The notes beneath the pieces are model-generated. The model did no database searches and was not told the origin of the DNA. It worked only from the letters and a program-made list of their open reading frames with translations. The translations under genes were made by a program, and so were the position numbers. Source: Octopus sinensis (taxonomy: Eukaryota). From it: a stretch of 64,000 bases of DNA. Below, in pieces: positions 51,404 to 64,000 of the stretch (positions are counted from its first letter, which is position 1; the number at the start of each line of letters is the position of its first letter). Location: assembly GCF_006345805.1 (NCBI RefSeq), contig NC_043015.1, positions 27,528,001 to 27,592,000 on the forward strand. Reading direction: 5' to 3'.

Positions 51404-51639
51404 TATATATATACATACATGCACACATACATATACATACACACACACATGTATATATGTGTGTGTGTGTATACATTAAATAGAATGAGACAACAATGCA
51501 CATGTATGCATATGTGTATAGATACATATGTATGCATATATGTTTAAGTATGCAGTCCTATATAATAGGGCATATATACATTTATATGTATGGGTATACT
51601 AATGCACGTGTTTATCTATATACATATTTTTCTTTTTCT

Positions 51640-53290
51640 CACTGGTCTTGCACACCACATCTGATGCTTCTTAGGTCCAACTTTTCTCTCAAGGTACTTA
51701 CAGTGATGGGTATGCACACTGACATTACACATCCATCAGAGCATAGTGGCTTCATTCCTTGCTAGCTTATGCTTGTCCTCAGCAATCATGGCCCATGTTT
51801 CACTGCCATGTAGCATGGCTGTTTCTGAACTTTGCTCAGGCTATTCTCATTCTAGTGGCTACACTTTCAGCGCACCCTCCCCTGCTACTGACTTGGTCAC
51901 CTAGGTAATGGAAGCTATCAACTACTTCTAGATTTTCTCCTTGGAATGTGGCAGAGGTTGTTCTCTGCACCTTTTCAGTGTTTATTGTTCCTGAGCATCT
52001 GCCACATACAAAAACTATCTTCTCATTTAAACTTCCTTTGATATTGCTGCACCTCTTATGGGTGCATCTTATAGAGTTTCTACCTATGCCTTTTCTACAA
52101 ATCGAGCAGGACCATCTACCTGAAGGGATTTGTGGTTTGCCTACCTTCCTACTTATTGATACTTTGGTTTTAGCTAGGTTGACTCTAAGGCCCTTTGATT
52201 CTAATCCTTGTTTCCACACTTGAAACTTCTCCTCTAGTTCTGATAGTGACTTAGCAATTAGAGTAAGGTAGTCAGCATAGAGGAGCTTCCAGGAGCATCC
52301 TGTCTTGAATACCTCCGTTATTGCCTGGAGGACTATGATAAATAGGAGGAGGCTGAGGACTGAACCTTGGTGGACCCCTACCTCTACCCAGAATTCTTCA
52401 CTGTACTTGTTGCCAACCCTCACCTTACTGACAGTGTCCCTGTACATGGCTTGCACAGCTCTCACTAACCATTCATCTATCCCTAGTTTCCTCATTGACC
52501 ACCAGATAAGGGATCAACAACTTTCTCCATGTCAATGAAAGCCAGGTACAGAGGTTTATCGTTGGATTGGTATTTCTCCTTCAGCTGTCTTACCAGAAAT
52601 ATAGCAACAGTGGTGCTTTTCCCTGGCATGAACCCAAACTGCATCTCATCTAAACTCTCTCCCTAATTAGTTGGGCTATGACCCTTCCCGTGACCTTCAT
52701 TACCTGATCCAACAGCTTGATACCTCTGTAGTTATTTGTATCTAGGGCGTCACCTTTACCTTTGTAGCAGTTGACTATTATGCTGCTACACTTTCATTAG
52801 GTATGACTCCTTCATGTATCACCTGATTAACTATACGAGTGACTAGGCTATAGCCGACACTGCCAGATATTTTGAGCATCTCTGCAGTAATTCCTGATGG
52901 GCCGGGGGCTTTCACTGTCTTCATACTCTTAATTGCTTTATCTACCAAGGTACTGTCAACTCGGGTAGCTGGTCCCTCTGTTGGGTCGACATTCGGCAGA
53001 CTCTCTCATTCATTTTCTTTATTCAGCAACCTTCCATAGTGGCATCTCCAAACCTCTCTCTTTGCATCCTCATTTAGTGCAAGAGAACCATCATCCATGC
53101 AGACACATTTCTCTCCTACATCATGATTCTCTCTCACACACTGTCTTGCAACATAAAATACCTGAAGTCTCTGGTCCTCACGGTGCAGAACATTGGCAAA
53201 TGTTTTCTTATCTGCTTCCCCTCTGGCTAAGTAAACCTGTCTCCTAGCTTCCCTTCTGGCAGTCTGATACAGTTCCCTGCTACCACCGAT
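51640..53290 (-). mobile_element. RTE LINE RT fragment, same family as 20598-24385
   Basis: ORF 51836-52495 is nearly co-linear with 21582-22472; small deletions. Confidence 0.92.
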
Positions 53291-56200
53291 ACAAAAGAAA
53301 TTTTTGCACGTGATCTAAGGCCTATTTAGCTGCTATTTTTAGCACATCTCATACTACACGTACTCTAAGCATTTAATAATCAACACGTGGTAGGCAACTT
53401 GGTAACAGCTTGGCTTTTTATTATGGAAACAGGAACCTATATGTCTGTGGCTTTCGATTGGCAAAAATTACTCAAAATTTGCAAGCTTTAACAGCTATTA
53501 GCTCTTTATTTATTGATTTATGGCAAAAATGAATTTCATGTCAATGATAACTTTACAAAAGTACACCAATAAGCCAAATATGAAATCAATTAGAACAAAA
53601 ATTGAAGAAATTAAAAAATGCCAGCCAAACAGAAAAGATCCTGGAATCATTGTATTGAGTATATTCTTTATTCCCTCTTGCTGTTTTAACACTGTGTGTC
53701 TGAATTTTACTTACCGGATATTCTTGCAGATGTAAATTTCGTTTTTCTTTGAGAAATATTGGTGAAATTTTGTCAATGAAAATTATATTGTGCAATGAAT
53801 ATTATTTTGTAGACTATTAAAATCAGATGTGATGTTTTCTTTTCCGGTTTTGAATATAATCGGGATTCAAATTTTTTTCTCTCTCTCTTCTACTAAAGAA
53901 TCTGCTGTAACTTACAAATGTTTTTAATATCTTTAATTTACGTTTTTAATGCTTAAAAAAAGGAATTAGTTTTCACATTTTGTTTGTTTTTAAATATATG
54001 TCTATATGCAATTCTGAGAAATGTATCAGATATCAGGTGATGGAATGTTCTAGAAACAACAACTAGATCTCCATTTTCACCTTTTCATTTGACAATATTT
54101 TCATCATTTTTTCATTTCACTGAAAAGGCTTCTCCCATTGTTTTTAAGTGCGTAGGGGAAAAAACATTAAGCCGGAGAGGAGAGGGAGAGGAGAAGAGGA
54201 TAAAACCATAAATTTTCGAAATTCTTTCATAAAAAGCTTACCCTTATCACTTCTAAGACAGTGATGCAGGAAAAAAAAAAAAGAAAATTGGAAAAATCTC
54301 CATCAAAACAGAAAATTGAACTTAAGAGGGTGTCTTGATATGAAACTCCATCATTTATAGCTATTTTTAATAGTCCATTAAAATTTTATTTAAATGTTGC
54401 TATATCCCAAAATCTTAGGACTTTTTTTTAGTTCTTTACCTATAACAAATGTGTCAAAACTCAAGCCCCTGTGTCTAGTGATACCTAGTAACATTAGAGT
54501 TTTTTTTTTTCATTTCTGTTTGGAGCTCCTAATCTCTAAAAAGGGGCTTCTTGTTCTGTGAACCATTGGTATCCTGTCTTTCAGTTATTCTATTGCGTTA
54601 GATGGAATTTGTCCTGTTGCTGTACCATATACTTTGGTATGTTGGTATGATCTTAAGTTTCCTATGCTTTGAAATGTTTTGCTTATTTCTTTTATTAAGT
54701 CTTTCTATAAATATGGTCATTGTATCAAGTAATTTTTACAAAAACATTAATGTACATACATACTTGCATACATATTCATACCAATAATAATTGGAGCACT
54801 AGGTTTTGTTAGTAAATGCTTAAGGAGAATCTGGATAAATTGAGATTTTCAGAAAGAGAAATCGACCAGCTAATTTGTACATTATAAGTGCAATCTGTGA
54901 GTAAAAATATGCAAGATTTTTCTCAAGTTCCAAACGTGAATTTGTTTGTTGGAAACTAGCTCCCTCCTCAGCAGAAGATTTATAATAATTAAAAAATAGA
55001 AGTGACATACATACATACATACATACACACTTGCTTGCTCCCTCCCTCCACTCCAAACCACAACTGCTTGTGATGAAGATATATATTTTTTAAAAGGTTG
55101 ATAATTATATAGAAATTCCCACTTATTGTTTTAAGGAAACGTTGCTCTCACCAACATTTACAAAGAAGCTTCCATGAAGTTGCTTCACCTGTTAAACATA
55201 GCATCCAAACATCCCTCAAATCAAATTACACATTACCACCGTGAAAAGGACATACTTAATAATGTAGTCTAAGAAACATTAGTATTGAAATAAAAACTGG
55301 AAGGTTCACGGCTTGAATGCTTTTGAGTATCATTCTGCCAGATTAAGGTCAGCTTAAGGATAAATATCAACAACTCATACCAACACTGCCAAATCCCAGG
55401 GATCTAGAAGCTGAAGCTGCAACATTATATAGACTCATCACACAACTATACACACTTTCAAAATCCTACAAATACTTATTCCAAACATCACCAACCCACA
55501 TATTCCCCACACAGTTTTAGCTCCATCCATCACTATCTGTTTATGAACAAAATACTAAATATTTTCAAATTTAACACAAAAATGATGGTTATTAAGTAGT
55601 TCATAAAGTTAAAAGAGTGAGTAGTAAGACATTATTTATAGAATAATTTAGGACCAAAAAGATAATAAAATTCACAATATCATTCTTACTTCATCAAAAT
55701 AACATGTTATTAATTTCAATTTTTAATATTTATTCCCTAAAAATATGAAACCAATAAATCACAAACTAATTTAATACCTCAATTATAAAAAGCAATATGT
55801 ACTTTCAGTTGAAATCTTCATTATATTAACAAACACAGGTATATCATAATGTTTGTATTTTTCACTTTTACTGCAGTTTTAATTATTTTAACCAAAGCAA
55901 GAGTTTATGATAAATTAAATATTTCCCTACTTAACACTAATTAATAACAGAAAAATTTCTATTTCAAAATAGTTAATAGCAAGCACACGCAAATATCAGA
56001 TCTGCATAGAAAGCTATCAGGTAAGTTTCATTAATTTTGCACATCTAAATTTATGAAATAATGATTTGTTCAAACATATTTTTATGTCTTTATTTGATAT
56101 TTTTAATTTTCTAACTGCAAACATGTTAAAATCAATACATTTACATATGATATTAAGAGCCTAATAAAATAAGTATATCACTTTTTATTTGTAAATAATG

Positions 56201-57488
56201 AGCAGTTAATTGTGAAAACAGATGGACTTATAAATATTTCTTCTTGATTACTTAGATTTTATTTCATTCATTTACCTTTCCATTAACATTTTACAATATT
56301 TTACAAAAGAGATTGAACAAAGTTAATTCATAGAGCTAGAGTTTGTTCAACTTTCTATGTTGATAAGTGATAGACATGCCTAATCTTTAAAAGTATACCA
56401 ATCTGTTATCTTTTATTCCTCATAACCAGCTGAACAGGGATTTAATGATCCACTTACCCACTATATCAAGCTAGCTTGAAAAACTAATCATGGAGACCCT
56501 AACCTTTCTTTGTTGTTATTGTTGTTTTTTAGCTGCTAAATCAGCTCAAGTTGAGCAGATCTCTAATCAAAGGAATTCTAGTTGTTACCATCCTATTTTC
56601 CTTCTTTTCCTCAGACATATTGTACTAGGCCTAAAATAGTAATGACTGATTTGAGGATGTTGTCACTATTATATCTCAGGTTATGCAACTATGAAGAGGC
56701 CTCTCTCATTCACACACATTTTTAAAATGTCTAGATCAAAAGTCATTTTATCAGTTTATCTTTCTTTCAGCTATAGTGTATTCATTTTATTTCTTTTATG
56801 TCACATTTTGGTAACAGATTTTCAACAAGCCAATATCTGTTTACTACAACTAAAAGAGCAAGAGTGATAAGGAATTGTCTGTGCAAATCAAATGGAACAA
56901 ATATCACAACAGGCTTCATTAATAAGCACCTGTTTATCGGTTTTCTTGTTGATGTTTAGATCTTTCACAAATATAAATTGTTGAAATACATCACCTACTA
57001 CATACACACACATATATATCATGAGCTTCTACATAGTTTCTATTTATCAAATTCCTCTCACAAGGCATTGGTGAATCCAGGATTACAGTAAGAGACTTGC
57101 CCAAGGTGCTGCATTGTGGGATGTAACTCAAGACCACATGATTCTGAAGTGAATTTCTTAACCACTCAGACTCTCTTGCCCCCTGCTAACAACAGAGGAT
57201 CACATTATCCAATGTGTCATTCAAATGTGAAAACAGTAAGGTATCAGCTAAAGTAAATTTGGCTGCTATTTCTACCAAGATAAGTGGTTGCATAGAGGCT
57301 TCTTCCTTAGCTCACAGCCATAGCCATAAGTTGAGTTCATTTATTTGGCTGAATGGTGATTTACATTTTCAGATAAAGTACAATGACATAATTCCCCAGT
57401 TCACCAGTTTGCATCTTTTTTCAGTCCTTAAGTAGATATCCTTGTAGTATTGAATTTTCTATAATTATTTTATATTGTTTTGTTAATA

Positions 57489-57874
57489 TCTTTATATATA
57501 AAAGTGAAGTTGTGTGTCTGTCTCCTACGATTTAGATTCCTAACTACTCCCGTATTTTGCAGTGCAGTTTAACCAAAAGCGGGTATCTTATAGTCATGAT
57601 TCATATTGAGCCCTTCTGGGTATTAGCGCGCGTCTACGATGAGTCTACGATTTTAAAAAATAATTTACCATCATTTTTTCCATTTTAATGCATTTTTCGC
57701 TATTATATAAGGGAAGTAACTCTCTAAAAATGTCTACGATGAGTCAACGATTTTAAAAAAATTTACCATAATTTTTTTTCCAATTTTTTTGCTATTTTTT
57801 GGCTATAACTCTCTAAAAATGCTTATATAGTTATTTCCCTTACAAACCCGAGCAACGCCGGGCGATACTGCTAG
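57489..57874 (+). mobile_element. Complete non-autonomous Helitron
   Basis: A|TCTTTATATATAAAAG start; CCCG-AGCAACGC-CGGG hairpin then CTAG|T; internal direct repeat GTCTACGATGAGTC.. Confidence 0.85.
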
Positions 57875-58675
57875 TTAACAATAGAATGATGTTATATCAG
57901 GTATAGCTTTATGAGAGTTTGAAGGACACTGTAGTGGAACAGTTTGCTATTTATTATGAGGTGCAGATAAAGTGACTTCATCATAAAAGATGTAATCTAT
58001 TGATGTAAACAAGCTTAGCATAACTTGAAAGACAATCCTAATCACTGGAGTAAACTATTTCTAACTACAAACTAAAATTTTTGTTGTCTGTGAAATATCT
58101 AATCCTTTCATCTCCGGAATACCCACATTATCATAATTTTGGCTTCTTCAGATTGAATTTAGAAATAAGCTTCCACTTCTAACTGTAACTGCTGAGAGTT
58201 CATTCTTTTGAATATTCGCTGACTCATACTTAGCAATTTATATGGAAGCAATATTCATATCTTACTCCACTTGGAATCACTCCTTTGAAGACTGCCACTT
58301 CATTAAAGGTGACATTAATAAACTGCTGACTGCTGCCAACAAACCTGGTGTAAAGAAGCATTTAGTGACTAATGACACATCTGCTAAAAGATATTCACAA
58401 TTAGATGCATGTTCTATTCTGTCCGTTTGTGATATTTAAGCCAAATTCATGGAAATGATCATTTTGATATAGTCCAGCATAGTGTCAAGTACTCTGGCCT
58501 CCTAGAGTGTAAGATTTTACAGGGTTTTGTTGAGGCAAATAATGAATTGTTATAATTTATGTGATTGCTATTTGGAGTGAAAAATGGAAAACAACAAATC
58601 TTTAAGCAGAGTGATGAAGAGGTGATATGTGGAGAAATTATGAAAATCCATGAGGAAAATATGCAAGGAAAATAT

Positions 58676-58903
58676 GTAGAGGCGCAATGGCCTAGTGGTT
58701 AGGGCAGCGGACTCGCGGTCGCAGGATCGCGGTTTCGATTCTCAGACCGGGCATTGTGTGTGTTTATTGAGCGAAAACACCTAAAAGCTCTACGAGGCTC
58801 CGGCAGGGGGTGGTGATCCCTGCTGTACTCTTTCACCACAATGGCGGTGCCCCAGCATGGCCACAGCTCAAGAGCTGAAACTGGAAAAACAAAAACAAAC
58901 AAA
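58676..58903 (+). mobile_element. tRNA-derived SINE (family of 35428)
   Basis: GGCGCAATGGCCTAGTGG..GGTTTCGATTCTC. Confidence 0.9.
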
Positions 58904-59733
58904 GCTTTCCTCAAAAGTATTTGAGAGACAGGACTTTTACTTTACTCCCCACCCATAATATAAAATCAATATGACAGTAATCATTTGTAGGTTATGATTT
59001 TAGAGAAGACAAGATATTGCTTGACCCTGAGAGAATGTAACCTCTACTTGGGTTTTGTATCTAGAAACTTCAAGGAATTTGAGCCTTTTATTCTGCAGCA
59101 TTCAAAATAAATAAAAAGTTTTACTGAACTTGCAATAAACTTCTATGAAGCTACACAATATCAATATTTTTCAATGTCAACTGAATGTCTTGAATCAGTT
59201 ATGAAACTGAAAGAACTGAAAGACTGTTGCAATAGCTTTGTTATCTACTCCAACACCTGCTTCACTATTTACTCCTGAAACAGATATGCCTACCACACCA
59301 AAATGGACAGCCAATTTGCTTCTATTCATATTGATTGAATGACATTGAAAAGAAAATGATCCAAAGAGAGTTAAAATCCTGTACAATAATCAAATCAGTT
59401 GAAGATAATTTGCAACATTACCACTTACCACAAAAATTCAAATTTATTTCAGATCAACAAGCAATAGCTTTCTTATTTATTAACTAACCTAAATCTGTTA
59501 TTAAAATGCTACACTGTGTCAGCAAAATCCAGAAATAGAGAATTTTGGTACGTAAGCTTTAAGCACAATTTCTGCAGTTGTTAATGCTAAGGAAATGATG
59601 TCAAAGGATGAAGTGGTAGATAAAACAAAGAAGCTTCACAAAGAGATGGGACTGAGATAAACAAATGGCTTATATGAAAAAATTAAGTCATAATAGCCAA
59701 TTAAGATCATACGTAGATTGTGTTATAAATGTA

Positions 59734-61124
59734 TTGGGTCATCTCATAGATAATGGGTTTTTTTTATACTTCTTTTATTTTCAGTGAACAGGTCAAGGTC
59801 TCAAAGCGACGAAAATATTTCGACAAATTAAATTTAAATGTTGAAGTGAATCTAATGGTTTTGTCTGTTTCTTAAATGGCTTATAAACACCTTCCACGCT
59901 GCAATGATAAACAAAGTTCTTTATTAATCTAAAATATACTCTCCTTCATTTTCTACAATGCTCTTCCATCTATCTGGTAGACTTGCAAGGCCCCTCTTCC
60001 AAAATTCACTTGTCTGTGATGAAAAATACCTCTCCAGTACTATTCTGACCTCATCTACAGTCATATTTTTTTCCTTTCAAATGATTTTGAAGACTACGGA
60101 ACAAATGATAATCAGATGGGGTAATTCCCAGGGAATATGGTGGGTGGGGCATCGTTTCCCATTCAAACTGCTTCAGCCTTTGGAATGTCATCCTCGTTGT
60201 ATGTGGCCAAGCATTATCCTGATGGAAGAACACCTTTTGTCTTGAAACCAAAAATAGTTGTTTTTCTTCTTGCTCTGATTTAAGCCACTCAAGCTGTTTG
60301 CAGTAGATCTCCTTTGCTATGGTTTGGTTTGGGTTTGGAAGTGGACTAAACCTTTCATATCTCACCAAACAGATGATAATACCTTACGTAGGTGGAGACC
60401 TTCCTTAGCCTGAGGTGCCTGTGTTTCTTCTTTCCCTATCCAATGTCTTCGGCACTTGACATTTTTTATAGAGAACCCATTTCTTGTCACAAGTCATTAT
60501 TCGGTCCAAAAAAAGCTTATTCATGAGATGTAACAGCAAAGAAGAGAGCACACTTGCATTCATTGCATGTAAATAGACTCAGAAAGTTTGGGAAGAACCC
60601 ATTGACTCAATTTGCTGACTTTTCCGATGGCACGCAGGCGTCAATGAATGGTTGAATGACCAAATCCAAGCTTCTCTGCTAGTTCCTCAACATTTACGAT
60701 GGGATTTTGTTCCATCAGATTTAGCAGGATGTCCATATCAAGCTCTACAGATCTTCCAGGATGAGGCACATCTTCTAGGCTGTAGTTTCTGGCTCAGAAT
60801 TTCTAGAACTACCTTTGAACTGGCTTATGCTTATTGTCCTATCCTCATATACTGCATTAATATTTCTCACACTTTCAATTGCGTTATTGTATTTATTAAA
60901 TTCATAAAGCAAAATATGCAGAATATGCTCCTTTGTCACTTACATTATAGCTTTGAAAAAATAACTGTTAAGATCAAACTGCACTCTTCAAAACTTGCAC
61001 TAAGAATAAGCACAGGGTTAAATTACTACCTGATGTTATAGCAAGTTAATGCAGATAGTTTATCCCATCCCCCTCCAACTTTTAGTTCATGCAATTAAAA
61101 CACATTATTTATGGGATGACCCAA
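59734..61124 (-). mobile_element. Mariner transposon, decayed, both TIRs present
   Basis: TIR TTGGGTCATCYCATARATAATG at both ends; FHQDNAWPH..PHPPYS..PSDYHLFRSLQNHL. Confidence 0.92.
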
Positions 61125-62665
61125 TGCAAAGCTAAAACTTCACCTCATCAAAATTACAATTAGTCAACCTATATACAACCAACAAAATTTGACAATAACT
61201 TTGACTTGATATTGTAGGATGAATGAGTAACTCTTACATTTTGACAACACTTGATGAGTTTATTCATTACTCTTTCATATTTGTCTAAAGAGAATCAAAT
61301 TCTTGAGCTGTTATTCAGTATCTCTCCACATTATTCATTTAGCCCAGTGCTCTAAGTTTTGTTCATAGTAACCATGGCATGCAATCTGAAAACACTGGAA
61401 TTTTCAAGTAGATGAAATATTCATAAGACTAGAATAACTCCTTATCATTCATCATCAAATGGACAACATGAATGTTATTATGGAGTTATATAGAAAACTA
61501 TTCAGTTACATCCAATGCAAACAAACGAGCTGATAAAACTGAATGACTCCCACTGGCTTTAATGAAAATCAGATCTTTGCCTTCTAGAGTTTTAAATGCT
61601 TTACAACATAATATTTAACTTTATACACAGCTCAACACTAAAAAGGTCAAATGATTTTATCCTTAATTCACTGGCATAGGTTAAACTCCTTCCTAATTGC
61701 ATTTCTCCTTAAAAATCAGTAAACAAGTTTGACTAAAAATGATCCATTGATGGAAAACATGCAATTACGATACATCCTAAAGATAAACAATGGCTACTAA
61801 CTTTTCATTATATTTTATGTTGTACTTTGTAATTTTACTCACAAATCATTAACTTTAGACATTTCTAAATGTTCTTTCTTTTTTATGAGATGGTGAATGT
61901 AGTAGTGAGCATTGTAGGATTATTTTATCTTGATATGTCAAGTACTAACAGTACAATGGTATGAATTCACATGTAGTTTTGCAAAAGTTTGGTGAACATG
62001 TGAACTGACCTGTAGTAGAACAGCTCATTATTTATCATAAAATGCAAATGAAGCAACATTATTTAACAACTTGTGTATTGTGAAATAGGCCATTGATTGA
62101 AGATTGACATTTAGAAATTGCAGGTTATATGTAAGAAGAAGGTTCCAGGTATGCATCTCTTCTGGAGATGTTAGTCATTTTTATTCTGATATTGTCTTAT
62201 GGTTGATTCATTGTAGGATCATCAGTTTTATTCTTACCACAATAGCAATTTAACCAAATTGTTTACAGTAGATATTGTCACCAGTTAAATAGCTAGTGTA
62301 TTTGAAAAGTAGTAAAGAGACTACTATATCTCAGTTGGCATAGCTTCAAATAGAGACAGTTACTTCCTAACTTGCTGATTTTAATCTTATGATAATGCTA
62401 CGGGGGATATCAATAAAGGAGAAATGTCAATGATAACATTTGACAAGTATTCACATCAAATCATACAATGGAAATTTGTTGGTATGAAGAGCATATATTA
62501 AGGTAGTCAAAATGTGAAGTGATGTTCTTTCTGCTTCATGACATTGGTAATAACTAACCAACTCTAGAGAGGGACTCTTGAAGTCAAAACTACCATAATA
62601 AACACATTGTACTGAACACGAGGGAATGCAACTCTCAAAACAAGCCTTTTAAAACCAAATTCAGC

Positions 62666-62723
62666 TGCAGATCATATGATTTCATAATTAGTGCACAAAA
62701 TGCACTTTTTAATCTTCAGTGCA
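62666..62723 (-). ncRNA. Family C hammerhead, best-preserved copy
   Basis: TGCA-CTGAAGA(62713-62719)..AGTGCA/TGCACT..GAAA(62680-62683)-TCATATGA-TC-TGCA. Confidence 0.65.
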
Positions 62724-62966
62724 AGCATAATCAAGGTGTTTATTATGGCAGTTTTGACTTTAGGAGTCCCTCCTAGTGCGAGGCATTTATGTATAGAAAT
62801 GCCTTTAATATATATATAGTAAAAGCAATTAAGATTCAAGTGAGTTCTGTTGAATTCACATGAATGCGGTACTTAACTTAGATGCACCAGAAATCTATAT
62901 GGTATTAACCATAAGATAATGCGGGGTGATTATAAACAAGAAAAAAGCAACAAAAATGGATCAATA

Positions 62967-63056
62967 TTTCGGTACAATTGTTTCGTACGAAGACCAGCTT
63001 TATTAAGGCTGCAAATATTGCAGTAAATATAAGTGACCCGTACTCATCAGCCGAAA
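62967..63056 (-). ncRNA. Canonical type I hammerhead (family F), minus copy
   Basis: Mirror image of 63687-63776, core intact. Confidence 0.88.
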
Positions 63057-63686
63057 AAACATCTGAGTTCTCCAAACATCTAAGGGGGTGAGGTTACACT
63101 CCTGAAACATCAGGGATTGTTCTATAAAAATCAGATTTAGATAACAAACGTAAATCCATCCATATTGAAGTAAGTTTGATTTCTGGAGATATGAGGAGAG
63201 ATTTCATACTCACAGACTATGCATTTATCCATAATTAGTCCATAATAAAGTGTGTTTCCTGATGTATGATGATATACTGGTTACATTTCTGAAAATTTCT
63301 CAAAACTGGTATGTTAGAATTTTGTTTGTTGAAGGAAAGTTAGTGGAGCATAGAGACAATCACTCACATAGGGTATAATGGGGTAACTGAGAGGGGAAGG
63401 GGATGTGAATATCCAACTACGCAGAATAGTTTAGTCTGTGAGTATGAAATCTCTCCTCATATCTCCAGAAATCAAATTTACTTCAATATGGATGGATTTA
63501 CAATTTCATTTTCTGGGAAACTAAAAGGTTTTTTAAAATACTTTTTTAAAACCTGTTATATGACTGTGCAACATTAAAGAACTTTGGAAGTCCGTTTGTT
63601 ATCTAAATCTGATTTTTATAGAACAATCCCTGATGTTTCAGGAGTGTAACCTCACCCCCTTAGATGTTTGGAGAACTCAGATGTTT

Positions 63687-63776
63687 TTTCGGCTGATGAG
63701 TACAGGTTACTTATATTTACTGAAATATTTGCAGCCTTCATAAAGCTGGTCTTCGTACGAAACAATTGTACCGAAA
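63687..63776 (+). ncRNA. Canonical type I hammerhead (family F), plus copy
   Basis: Helix I TTTCGG/CCGAAA; CTGATGA 63693-63699; helix II GTAC/GTAC; GAAA 63759-63762; palindromic helix III ACAATTGT; GTA 63768-63770. Confidence 0.9.
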
Positions 63777-63815
63777 TATTGATCCATTTTTGTTGCTTTT
63801 TTCTTGTATGTATAT

Positions 63816-63869
<54 letters not shown>

Positions 63870-64000
63870 ACTGAAATGCGTTTTTACCGCTTGGATCGCT
63901 TTCAAGGCCACTACATCCCATCCAATTCACTCCAAAATTTACAGGGACCATGTAAAATGAGGTGACGATGCCCATGGGCTACCTTAGAAATCCCTATCTT

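Larger units (their letters stand above)
57900..61700 (+). mobile_element. Highly decayed Gypsy pol, split by a SINE and a mariner
   Basis: KKHLVT..RYSQLDAC (RT), HYHLPQKFKFISDQQAIAF (RNase H), RITPYHSSSNGQHE (integrase, about 61430). Confidence 0.55.
62936..63807. mobile_element. PLE-pLTR-like inverted unit (family F)
   Basis: 62936-63150 is inverted at 63593-63807 (215 bp); 63151-63219 is inverted at 63432-63500 (69 bp). Confidence 0.85.

Noticed and set aside
63501-63592. 92-bp segment absent from the inverted arm, as a possible spliced PLE intron
   Set aside because: No GT-AG or GC-AG boundaries on either strand

Overview
AT-rich, microsatellite-dense animal genomic DNA that is almost entirely transposon-derived. 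The repeat types (RTE LINEs with (ATG)n tails, tRNA-derived SINEs, (TA)n/(TATG)n tracts) resemble coleoid cephalopod (Octopus-like) DNA; that taxon call is from recalled pattern, not a search. No prokaryotic genes, rRNA, true tRNA or CRISPR array were seen. Recognisable elements: two young RTE LINEs (1-2160 and 20598-24385, both minus) plus many RTE fragments; a Neptune-like Penelope (PLE) GIY-YIG fragment; three R4/Dong-like 3' ends sitting in (TAA)n; three Helitrons (one with PIF1 helicase remnants); a mariner and a Tc1/maT-like remnant; a decayed Gypsy pol; several MITE/foldback elements; many SINEs. A few short GT-AG exon candidates suggest a host gene, but it could not be identified. The main result of the hunt is about eleven type I hammerhead ribozyme (HHR) motifs from six unrelated sequence families, all read by eye and none tested. 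Several sit in Penelope-style tandem or inverted non-coding units. The best is a very young element at 29101-30176: a 492-bp HHR monomer, a partial tandem copy and an inverted copy, flanked by a 28-bp target-site duplication. It looks like a non-autonomous retrozyme able to release a ~492-nt, possibly circular, RNA.
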